A stretch of DNA of 64,000 nucleotides, from assembly GCA_002104945.1 (NCBI GenBank), contig MCFH01000023.1, positions 620,001 through 684,000 of the forward strand, written 5' to 3'. Shown in pieces: positions 29,494 to 42,346 of the stretch (the stretch's first letter is position 1; every line of letters begins with the position of its first letter). Origin of the DNA: Piromyces finnis finn. Lineage: Eukaryota > Fungi > Neocallimastigomycota. The position numbers and the translations under genes were made by a program. The notes beneath the pieces were generated by a model. The model was not told the origin of the DNA, searched no databases, and saw nothing but the letters and a program-made list of their open reading frames with translations.

Positions 29494-31044
29494 ATGGCCG
29501 ACGTTGCTACTCAACCAGCTCTTACTGAAGAATCTGTTCCAACTTCTTCTCGTAACAAGGTTAAACAAAGAGTTGCTGATACTGTTAAGAACAAGTTAAC
29601 TCAATTAAACATTGATGATGCTGAAACTCTTTCTAACCGCATTACTGAAATGCTTGCTGAAGGTAATTCTAAGGATAAGCTTAATGAAGAATTAACTAAG
29701 CTTATTGGTGCTGATAAGTTAAAGAGTTCTTTTGTTGAATGGTTATATGGTTACTCCAATGTTTTCTTCCCACCAACTCCAGCTCTTTCTGATAAGGAAG
29801 ATGAATCCGAAGAAAAGACTGAAGGTGTTAAAGGTAACAAAAAATCCAAAAAGAGTAATGATAAAGGTAATTAGCTTTTTTAATTCAAATAAAAAAGACT
29901 TATTCACCTTCTTATTTTACACTCTTTGTCAAAATATATATATATATATAATTTTCGATAGTAAAATATTGGTAATTAAAAATAAAATATTTTTTTTAAA
30001 TACAAAATAGATACTAAGACTAAGAGAAGAGCTTCTCAATCTCGTCGTGCTCGTAGTGGAAGCAAATCTTCTGTTTCTTCTATTGATACTGATAAGAGTG
30101 GCAAGAATAAGAAGCCACTTTCTCCACCAGCTTCTCCATCTCCAGCTCAAGATAAGCAAGCTAAGGAAAAGAACAAGAGAAGATTAAGCCGTTCTGCTTC
30201 TTCTCTTGACCTTGCTAACAAGGTTCAAACTGAAGTTATGGCTCAAGCTATTGCTATTGCTGCTGCTGCTGAATCTAACAATGTTAAACATACTAGAGAA
30301 CGTAGTAGTTCTATTTCTAGTAACCGTAGTGTTGAACGTCGTAATTCATTCAACCGTGAACGCAAGAACTCTATTTCTTCTAATGCTTCTAATAGTGAAC
30401 GTGTCCGCTGTCAATACTGGCCAGAATGTAATCGTGGTGATCAATGTAAATTCTGGCATCCAAAGGAATTATGTAAGAAGTATCCAAACTGCCCAGCTGG
30501 TGATAAGTGTTTATACATTCACCCAGCTTCTCCATCTAACCCACCAAGTCGCCCACAATCTAGCCCATACACAGCTCCATCTAAGCACAACCGTACTAAG
30601 AGTGATGCTTCTTCTGTAATTTCTACTGCTTCTGACAGAAGTGTTATTGAATGTAAATTTGGTGCTAACTGTAACCGTCCAGATTGTAAATACTCCCACC
30701 CAAGTCCAGCTGCTATTGCTGCTCAAATCGCTAAGAAAGCTACTGCTGCTGCCACTGAAACTTTAGAACAAACTAAACAAGAACTTCAAAAGCAATTACA
30801 AGAACAAGCACAATTAAAGGCTAACAATGCTGCTAAAACTCCAGTTAAAACTAATGTTCCATGCCATTTCTTCCCTAACTGTAAGAACCCAGATTGTCCA
30901 TACCAACACCCATCTCCAAGTCAAGCTATTAACACTCTCAAAACTAAACAAAGTAACTCTGAATTTAATGTCCCATGCCGTTACGATGGTAACTGTACTC
31001 GTGCTGATTGTAAATTCATCCACACCAACCGCAAGAATCATTAA
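29494..31044 (+). CDS. NAB2: Nab2/ZC3H14-like poly(A) RNA-binding protein: N-terminal PWI-like domain plus five CCCH fingers; 2 exons (29494-29866, 30011-31044), 468 aa
   Basis: Fingers CQYWPECNRGDQCKFWH, CKKYPNCPAGDKCLYIH, CKFGANCNRPDCKYSH, CHFFPNCKNPDCPYQH, CRYDGNCTRADCKFIH. PWI-like helical N-terminus (...SSFVEWLY). Phase-1 intron keeps frame. Confidence 0.8.
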
Positions 31045-32382
31045 ATAATTTAACATTTATTATTGAAACAAAACTATAGTTATGAACTTTATCTATTATT
31101 TATTAAAAGATTAATTAATATAGAAATGATTTTAAGTATTATTAATAAAAAAGTATCTTAAATTTTATACAATGAAAATAGTATAAAATAATTAAGAAGT
31201 AAAATATTTAAAATCAATAAATAATGATAAAGCATAATTTATAGAATCTTTTAATTATATTAAAATACAATCATTAAATAATTCAAATTAACACTAATTA
31301 TAAAAATGACATTTAATACAATCAATTAATTTTAATAGACATTTAATAATACTTTTTTTTTATAAAAAATCAAATAAGTAAAATATAAACAATTAATTTT
31401 AAAACATAAAATATAGAATAATTATTAAAAGTAAAATTAAATTAATATTTCAAGAAAATCATAGAATAATTAAAATATAATAAGGATCCTAATTAAAATG
31501 AAAATATAGTAATTTATTTAAAGAAAAACAAAGAAAGTATAAAAAATGTTGAAAAATAGTCAAAAATGATCATTTAAATCTTTTAAAATCAATTTACTAC
31601 GCATAATACTATTCAACACACGCGGTTATATTTTTTTTTAATATTTAAATATAAAGTAAATTTTATATAAATATTATAATTAGTTAAAAACAAAAAAATT
31701 AATTTAATATTAAAAGAGGTAAAGTTTTTATTAAATCAAACTATAATAGAATGAAGAAAATAATTTTTAATCGATAAAACATGGAGGATCTTGAAAAATA
31801 ATTTTTCTATTGAATGAATCTCTAGAGTATAGGAAAATTATTTTAATGAATAAAAGTGTCCCATCAAATCAAATTATCAACATAAATTCAAAATCTAAAC
31901 AAAATAATTCAAAAAATGAACAAAATTAACAAAAGAATTACAAAAATTAAATAATGAAAATCAAAATCCATTAAAAATATTTTCTTTAAAATACCTTTGC
32001 AATAGCGCAACATCAAAATAAAAGATACTATTAAATATTAAAATAATTAAACAACAATAATAAAACTTTACTTTTTTTTTATTTTATTAATTTATTTATT
32101 TACTATTAAAATTAATTATAATATAGTTATATAGATTAAATAAAATATTTAAAATATTTAATATTTCTAATTTTAAATGTAAAATAATTTTTTATTAAAT
32201 AAAATGTAATATAATTAAATATATATAAAACTTTTATATTCAAAGGTTTATAAAATAAAAGTGTTTTTTTTTTTTATTAATTTTGTAATATTCTTAGTGT
32301 AAATTATTTTGATTTTCTTTTACTTTTTATTTCATAATTAAACGGTCCAAATAAATAAAAATAAACAGGTAAATAGTTTCCG

Positions 32383-32758
32383 ATCATGCCTTTTGTTATT
32401 GACCAGCAATAGTCAATGCTTAAAAGGTTTAGAGCAACACCCAAGAGCGTCAACGCTGAAGAAACAGTAAGACAGGCCAGGAGGGCCAGCGCAACCAATG
32501 GAGATCATAATTTTGTCCCATGATAAAATTTTGATCTTTGGCTCGGTGTCCCATTGGAAGTCAAATACAATTATTATACTTTAGTATGATAGTGGCTTTC
32601 TTACTTTAATTAAAATTACTAGAATACATTATACCCAATTTTTATTCATTTGTGTTTATTTAAACATATTTTTTTTATTTTTATTTTATTTTAATTTTTA
32701 TATTTCATGTATTATAATTTTAATTAAATTAATAATAAAGTTTAAAATATTTGATGCC

Positions 32759-32806
<48 letters not shown>

Positions 32807-33011
32807 TTGGAAGTCAAATACAATTATTATACTTTAGTATGATAGTGGCTTTCTTACTTTAATTAAAATTACTAGAATACATTATACCCAATTTTTATTC
32901 ATTTGTGTTTATTTAAACATATTTTTTTTATTTTTATTTTATTTTAATTTTTATATTTCATGTATTATAATTTTAATTAAATTAATAATAAAGTTTAAAA
33001 TATTTGATGCC

Positions 33012-33057
<46 letters not shown>

Positions 33058-33262
33058 TTGGAAGTCAAATACAATTATTATACTTTAGTATGATAGTGGC
33101 TTTCTTACTTTAATTAAAATTACTAGAATACATTATACCCAATTTTTATTCATTTGTGTTTATTTAAACATATTTTTTTTATTTTTATTTTATTTTAATT
33201 TTTATATTACATGTATTATAATTTTAATTAAATTAATAATAAAGTTTAAAATATTTGATGCC

Positions 33263-33308
<46 letters not shown>

Positions 33309-33513
33309 TTGGAAGTCAAATACAATTATTATACTTTAGTATGATAGTGGCTTTCTTACTTTAATTAAAATTACTAGAATACATTATACCCAATTTTTAT
33401 TCATTTGTGTTTATTTAAACATATTTTTTTTATTTTTATTTTATTTTAATTTTTATATTACATGTATTATAATTTTAATTAAATTAATAATAAAGTTTAA
33501 AATATTTGATGCC

Positions 33514-33569
<56 letters not shown>

Positions 33570-33637
33570 ATAAAATTTTGATCTTTGGCTCGGTGTCCCA
33601 TTGGAAGTCAAATACAATTATTATACTTTAGTATAAT
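32383..33637 (+). mobile_element. LINE family A 3' fragment containing a 4-unit head-to-tail array of a 213-nt 3'-end unit plus poly(A)
   Basis: Units 32549-32801, 32802-33052, 33053-33303 and 33304-33567 each start TCCCATTGG and end GATGCCGTT(A)40/38/38/51. The 28-mer 32521-32548 is repeated at 33568-33595. Confidence 0.9.
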
Positions 33638-34336
33638 GTTCATCGGGGTCTCATGTTCCATATGTAGAGGGTCTCGCGGCTTTTTTTACTAAAATAATCC
33701 TATCATTAGTAGCTCTATGAAGCTATTTTTTGATAGGTTTAGTAAGACACCTAACGTAATCAAATCCGGTGAATATTAATGTGTATGATTATTCTAGTGT
33801 GTGCAGTAAAATATTTAAATTCCTTCTTGGGGGAAGAAGTTTTAACAATATTAATTACAATTCAAGGGAATGGAAAGAACTTTGTAAGCGTCAGATTCAA
33901 TCTGGTACTAACGAAGGAACACCATTCTTGACGGTAACAACCGCGGAACTTCTAACCAAAATCATGCCTTTTGCTATTGGCCAGCAATGGTCAATGTTCG
34001 AAAGGTTTGAAGCAACATCCAAGAGCGTCAATGCTGAAGAAACAGTAAGACAGGCCAGGAGGGCCAGCGCAACCAATGGAGATCATAATTTTGTTCCATG
34101 ACAAAATTTTGATCTTTGGCTCGGTGTCCCATTGGAAATCAAATACAATTATTATACTTTAGTATGATAGTGGCTTTCTTACTTTAATTAAAATTACTAG
34201 AATACATTATACCCAATTTTTATTCATTTGTGTTTATTTAAACATATTTTTTTTATTTTTATTTTATTTTAATTTTTATATTACATGTATTATAATTTTA
34301 ATTAAATTAATAATAAAGTTTAAAATATTTGATGCC

Positions 34337-34377
<41 letters not shown>

Positions 34378-34814
34378 AACGTAATCAAGAGCGCCGACGT
34401 CGTACCGATATGGCAAAGGAACATTTCCAATGTTCCGTACACAGGGTTCAATGTTAGTATTTCCTCAAATTCGAATGTAAACATTATGAACTCATGGGAG
34501 AGTTTAGTGGACACCACACTATCATACCTGATGTTACTTCTTTTTTTTATTTCATTTAATTTATTGAGTAGGGACCAATCCCACACAGTACAAATTGCAG
34601 AGTTCATTGAACTTTTATGCAACTTAAATAATTATTTTATATTTTTTTATATTTATATTTTTATTTATATATTTTATTATTTTTATTTATTATTTATTAT
34701 ATCAATATCAATATGTATTATCACCTAATATTATGTAATATCACTAATTAAATAAGTAAATAAATAAAAGATGTGTATTTTCTTCCTAGTCTAAAAAAAA
34801 AAAAAAAAAAAAAA
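33638..34814 (+). mobile_element. 5'-truncated LINE family B insertion (ORF2 C-terminus, 3'UTR, poly(A)), itself interrupted by a family A copy
   Basis: 15-bp TSD ATACTTTAGTATAAT at 33623-33637 and 34815-34829, inside a family A 3'UTR. Ends CCTAGTCT followed by a 23-A run. The coding remnant ...FDRFSKTPNVIK|SADVVPIWQ is continuous across the nested insert. Confidence 0.8.
33764..34374 (+). mobile_element. 5'-truncated LINE family A insertion nested in family B
   Basis: TSD CCTAACGTAATCAA at 33750-33763 and 34375-34388. Encodes an ORF2 C-terminus (33769-34101, ...TNGDHNFVP*), then 3'UTR and (A)35. Confidence 0.88.
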
Positions 34815-34880
34815 ATACTTTAGTATAATAGTGGCTTTCTTACTTTAATTAAAATGACTGGAATACATTATACCCGAATT

Positions 34881-36760
<1,880 letters not shown>

Positions 36761-37038
36761 AAAAGAAAAAAAATACTTAATTTCTCAATATAGAAAGATA
36801 TTTGAGTTAAGATTAAAATGTCTATATTAATAATTGTGTAACTATTGTTAAATAAACTAAAAAAAAATAAACATTATTGAAAAAAAAACTAATCTTTATA
36901 ATGGAAGTAAAACAGTTAATTTTTATTAATTTTTATTAATTATGAATTATCAATTTAAATCATTTGATGCTCAAATAGTTTTTTTTACAAACTTTTTTTT
37001 TCCTTCAAATATAGGAATTATTTAGATTATATGTATTC

Positions 37039-37160
37039 ATTGAAATTATATGAATTGTTATTGTTATAAATAATAATACTTTCTAACTATTTTTGTGTAT
37101 TGAAATTATATGAATTGTTATTGCTATAAATAATAATACTTTCTAACTATTTTTGTGTAT
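37039..37160. repeat. Tandem duplication of a 60-bp unit (2 copies, 1 mismatch)
   Basis: ATTGAAATTATATGAATTGTTATTG(T/C)TATAAAT...TTTTTGTGT at 37039 and 37099. Confidence 0.9.
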
Positions 37161-37161
37161 C

Positions 37162-37256
37162 TGTCCATGTTGTGGTCATGATGAACAATCTATTTATTAT
37201 TGGATTTTAGAATTTTCTGTATTTATTTAATCGGGATTTATTGGCAATATTTTTAT

Positions 37257-37290
<34 letters not shown>

Positions 37291-37536
37291 TTAGATATAA
37301 AAATTTGTTTGTCTCCTACTAATTTTCTGAAAGGTATATAAGAAAAATTATTAATAGCTATTCTTTTATATTTCTTCATAATATAATTATAATTTGTAAT
37401 AAACAATAAACTATTAAATTGTATGGTGGAACAAAAAAATTTAAATGAATAATAATGTTTCAACTGTATTTCATACAATATAGCAATTCCTATTATTAAT
37501 AACATTATAAAATTACTTTTTGATAGGCTAAATAAA
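37162..37536 (+). mobile_element. Heavily decayed LINE ORF2 C-terminal relic (family B-like)
   Basis: CPCCGHDEQSIYYWIL (37162-37210) parallels the RT copy's zinc knuckle. AIPIINNIIKLLFDRLNK (37483-37536) parallels family B IPIISSSMKLFFDRFSK. Confidence 0.6.
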
Positions 37537-38032
37537 ATACTTTGCCTAATTAAGAACAAGGACATCGTATTAATATAACAAAAGAAAATTATAAATATTC
37601 TGTATGCAGGATATAATATTATGAGTTTTACAAATGAAAGCATTAATGATATTATAGGAGAGAGTTTAATGGAGGTTACAAAGTTTTCTTAGAAAATAAA
37701 TTTTAAATATACATATATATAATATAGATTTTAGTATTCATTAGTGACTAATAAAGTTATATACTTTTTTTTTTTTTTACTTTAAATGCATAATTTTAAA
37801 TATTCTATAGAAACCTGAATACTAATTATTAAGTTAATATTATTAACAAATATAAATATATGTAATTGTGAATATAAAATTATTTTAATTTTATAATAAT
37901 ATATTATAAAAATAATAGTAACTTTATGTAACATTTTTTTTAAAGTTTAAAATTATATATTTTAATTGGGGTAGTGATGATAAAATGAAAATAGAAAAAA
38001 AAAAAAAAAAAAAAAAAGGAAATATTATAAGA

Positions 38033-38897
38033 ATGGACTAAAAAAACTTTTATTTATTGATTATAAAATTAGTACATATTTTAACTTTTTTGATAGTCCT
38101 GAAGATATTGCTAATGATATTTATGAACTCTATGAAAAAAATCTTTAGCTATAGAATATGAAGGATTATCCTATATATTTTTAAATATTATGTGGGAATT
38201 TAATTCCAAAAAAATGGAAGCAAAGGTTAAAGTTTTAGGAAATACAACAAACAAATAACTTCAAATTATTCAAATTCAATTAATGAATTGAAATTAATAG
38301 TTTCTCAATTTAAAGAGGAATTAAAAGAAAAAGATACAAGATTTTCAAGATATGTATGATACTCAGATTCTCGATCTAATGCTATTTATAGTTTTTCAGA
38401 ATATGAATATATTTTAGATCAAGTGAGTAACGCAACAGAGAAAAAAGCAAATAGTTCAATCCTTTTATATAAATTCACAAGAGATGATAGTACGTATAAT
38501 AAAACAAAACACAGAGTATTACAAAAAAATAATATTATTGTTGCAATCAAAGATACTAATGGATATAGGTTTGGCGGTTATACATCAAAATATTTTTATG
38601 AAAATAATAAATATACTAATGCTATAATGGAGGATAATACTGCATTTTTATTTTCTTTAAATGAAAGAAAAAAAGCTTATCCAGTTAGTGATTGAAAGCA
38701 TGCTCTCCGCTTTAATTATAATAATTTTATAATGTTTAGTGATAGTGATATAGTTATTAATAGGAATAATAACTATACAAAATGTACTGCAATTCAGAAA
38801 ACTTATAATTGTTATGGTAAAAAAAAAAGCTTTATGTGGTGGTTCAATATTTTCTATTGATGAATTAGAAATTTATAAAGTTACATTTACTAATTAA
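38033..38897 (+). pseudogene. TLDc-domain gene, disrupted
   Basis: LLYKFTRDD...IIVAIKDTNGYRFGGYTS...DNTAFLFSL and terminal FSIDELEIYKV are TLDc hallmarks. Premature TGA at 38693, a later frameshift, and stops in the upstream part. Confidence 0.7.
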
Positions 38898-39108
38898 TCA
38901 ATGAAATAAAAAATAATATTATCACTTTTTTTTTTTTTAATTATGAAAAACAAATTCAAATTCAATTCATATTTATATAATAATATGATGATAAATTATT
39001 ATTATTATTATTTTTTTTGTAATCCTTGAAAAAAAAAAAAAAAAAAAAATCAAAATTATTAAAATTATTATGATATTATTAATGGAAAAACGGAAAAATT
39101 GTAAAGAA

Positions 39109-40365
39109 TTTTTTTTTTTTTAACGGCATCAAATATTTTTAAACTATATTATTAATTTAATTAAAATTATAATACATGTAATATAAAAAATTTTAAAAAT
39201 TAAAAATAAAAAAAAAAAATAAAAATATGTTTAAATAAACACAAATGAATAAAAATTGGGTATAATGTATTCCAGTCATTTTAATTAAAGTAAGAAAGCC
39301 ACTATTATACTAAAGTATAATAATTGTATTTGACTTCCAATGAGTCAAAGATCAAAATTTTATCATGGGGCAAAATTATGATCTCCATTGGTTGCGCTGG
39401 CCCTCCTGGCCTGTCTTACTGTTTCTTCAGCATTGATGCTTTTGGCCGATAGCAAAAGGCATAATTTTGGTTAGAAGTTCCACTGTTACCGTCAAGAATG
39501 GTGTTCCTTCGTAAATGCCCAATTGAATTTGACACTTGCAAAGTTCTTTCCATTCCCTTGAATTGTAATTGATCTTCCCTCAACAAGGAATTTAAATATT
39601 TTATTGCACACTAGAATAATCATGCACATTAATTTTCACCGGATTATTAGAACTATTACTATTATTAACTAAATTACTTTTTTTTTTTTTTTTAACGGCA
39701 TCAAATATTTTAAACTTTATTATTAATTTAATTAAAATTATAATACATGTAATAAAAAATTAAAAATAAATAAAAATAAAAAATATGTTTAAATAAACAC
39801 AAATGAATAAAAATTGGGTATAATGTATTCCAGTCATTTTAATTAAAGTAAGAAAGCCACTATTATACTAAAGTATAATAATTGTATTTGACTTCCAATG
39901 AGTCAAAGATCAAAATTTTATCATGGGGCAAAATTATGATCTCCATTGGTTGCGCTGGCCCTCCTGGCCTGTCTTACTGTTTCTTCAGCATTGATGCTTT
40001 TGGCCGATAGCAAAAGGCATAATTTTGGTTAGAAGTTCCACTGTTACCGTCAAGAATGGTGTTCCTTCGTAAATGCCCAATTGAATTTGACACTTGCAAA
40101 GTTCTTTCCATTCCCTTGAATTGTAATTGATCTTCCCTCAACAAGGAATTTAAATATTTTATTGCACACTAGAATAATCATGCACATTAATTTTCACCGG
40201 ATTATTAGAACTATTACTATTATTTACTAAATTACTATCTAAATTAGAATTATTATCTATACTATTGCTATCATTCCTAAAATTATTACTTCTACTATTA
40301 CTATTGTTATTATTACTATTATTGCTATCTCTACTGATATTAAAAAAATGTTAATAATCCAAATA
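39109..40365 (-). mobile_element. Two head-to-tail LINE family A 3' copies (39109-39677 and 39678 to about 40365)
   Basis: Both end GATGCCGTT(A)13/16 and share the same internal deletions relative to the 33764 copy. The right-hand copy extends into an Asn/Ser-rich ORF2 linker. Confidence 0.88.
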
Positions 40366-40475
40366 AAAAATAATTAAAATTTTAAATTATTCTATGAAAA
40401 TTAAAATCTAAAAAAAAAAAATTTAATTTTTTGTAATAAATTAAATTAGTATATTGTTGGAGACTAATAAATATT

Positions 40476-40550
40476 TTTTTTTTTTCTTTTTTTAACGGCA
40501 TCAATTATTTTAAACTTTATTATTAATTTAATTAAAATTGTAATACATGT
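40476..40550 (-). mobile_element. 75-bp 5'-truncated family A insertion with 15-bp TSD
   Basis: TSD AGACTAATAAATATT at 40461-40475 and 40551-40565. T-run followed by AACGGCATCAA...TAATACATGT matches the family A 3' end. Confidence 0.85.
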
Positions 40551-41339
40551 AGACTAATAAATATTACTTTAAAATTCATATATTTTTATGGTTACAAATC
40601 AGTTTTAGAGGGATGAGTAAAACTTATTATTTTTATTGTTACAACTTTATAGGTTATAAAAACAATTAACATTTATATTTACTTGTTTTTGTAATTATCT
40701 AATTTCAACCATTCATTCAATTTTTTTTTTAAAAGCAAATATTTTTAAACTTTATTGTTAATTACCATTAATTCAAAAACAACAACTTACATTAAAAGTT
40801 AATGAATATAAAAATTTATGGATGACCCATACTTTTAAAAAATATTAAACTTTGATAATAAAATTACTTTAAAGTTCTATAATATGAAAATAAAAATTCA
40901 TTTTGATTAAAACTACCTTTAAACATTTTAAAAGATAACATACATCATATATCCAATTTTTATTTAAAACTTTTTTATTACACATATCTGAACTTTGATT
41001 TTACTTTCCTCATTATTTCGACCTTAATTTGTTCACTTTTATTGATTTAAAAAATTCCCATAACATCATTTCATATATCCCCAATTATTAACTATTATTA
41101 ACTTCCAAACTTCTTTTCCCTTTATTATTTCTTCCGTTATACTTCTTCCATTTTTTCACTCAGACCATTTTCTTATTACTACTACTTTTATTTACTCTTC
41201 TAAAATATAAAAAAATAACAAATATTTAAATTTAACTAATAAATTAACTGTACTTTATTGGCACGGTTATTAATATTTTTTAATAATTTTTTTAATTATT
41301 ATTATTTTTAATATCTGTACATATTAAAATTTTATTAAT

Positions 41340-42346
41340 TTAGTTCTTAGTCTTGGAGCTGAGACGACGCTTCATTAATTGTTCGTGCTTTTGAGCGTTT
41401 CTTTCCTTAATACGTTGAGCTAATAACTTAGCGTATTGTTCGGAGGCTTCACGAGAAGCTTCAGCATTCTTACGCTTGAGAGCTAAGAGATGTCTCTTAC
41501 GTTGAAGAGTGACTGGAGTAACGAGTCTTTGGATCTTTGGAGCCTTAGTGTACTTCTTACCGTTCTTACCAGTAAGTTCACGACGAATAACGTATTGACG
41601 GACATCATCTTCCTTAGAGAGGTTGAACATCTTACGGATGTTAGAAGCTCTCTTTGGACCTAATCTCTTTGGGCAAGAGCGGTCAGTAAGACCTTCAATT
41701 TCTTGTTCACCTTGCTTGACAATAGCAAGAGAAAGGACGGCAATATCGCTACCAACGATACAACCACGAACAGACTTTCTCTTACGTTCACCGACACGAC
41801 GTGGACGGTAGCAGGAGTGACCCTTGGAAAGGAGAAGACGAACACGGTGGTTGGTAAGGAGACCTTGCTTCATTGGGAAACCTTGCTTGTCATTTCCACC
41901 AGTGATCTTGAAAATGTAACCCTTGAATTCATCGCCAATAGCAGCACCATCGACTTCAGCGGACATACGCTTTTCGTAGAAGACACGACTATTTTATACA
42001 AATATCTACATTTAATTTACAATCCTATAAACAATAATCACTTATATATAATACTTACATCTTGTGTTCATCTTCAATGTCGATGAGTTTTTGGGCACCG
42101 GTGGCCGGGTAGGAAATATTCAACTATTTTCATATAATAAATACATATTAAAAATTAATATCATTGTTTCACTTTTATACTAATTTGTAAATAAAAATAT
42201 GCATAATATTTCATGAATTATACATATAACAACATAACAAAAAATCACAACACATTAAAATACATAACATATCATTAATTAACCACTCATCCATTAAAAC
42301 ATTTATTTATTTAACACAATTCATTCATTAAATATTCACCTTCATG
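41340..42346 (-). CDS. RPS6: 40S ribosomal protein S6 (eS6); 3 exons (42346-42341, 42124-42059, 41988-41340)
   Basis: MK|[22 protein letters not shown]|[12 protein letters not shown]...[13 protein letters not shown]...[11 protein letters not shown]...KRRLSS. Strongly biased codons. Confidence 0.97.

Noticed and set aside
31771-31990. Protein-like stretch starting ATGGAGGATCTTGAA
   Set aside because: Stops in all frames and no recognisable domain; cannot be supported as a gene or pseudogene.
32455-32557. Hammerhead or HDV-like ribozyme in the invariant LINE core
   Set aside because: CTGAAGA resembles the hammerhead core, but no stem II plus GAAA follows. GGCC-CTCCT-GGCC on the minus strand resembles HDV P3/L3, but I could not build P1 or P2. 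Left as an unassigned structured element.
32549-33567. CRISPR-like or telomeric retrotransposon array
   Set aside because: There are no unique spacers and the units are poly(A)-tailed LINE ends. The locus is interstitial between NAB2 and RPS6, with no telomeric repeats.
37227-37643. 138-aa minus-strand ORF
   Set aside because: Low-complexity sequence ending in a homopolymer. The plus strand here is better explained as a decayed LINE C-terminus.
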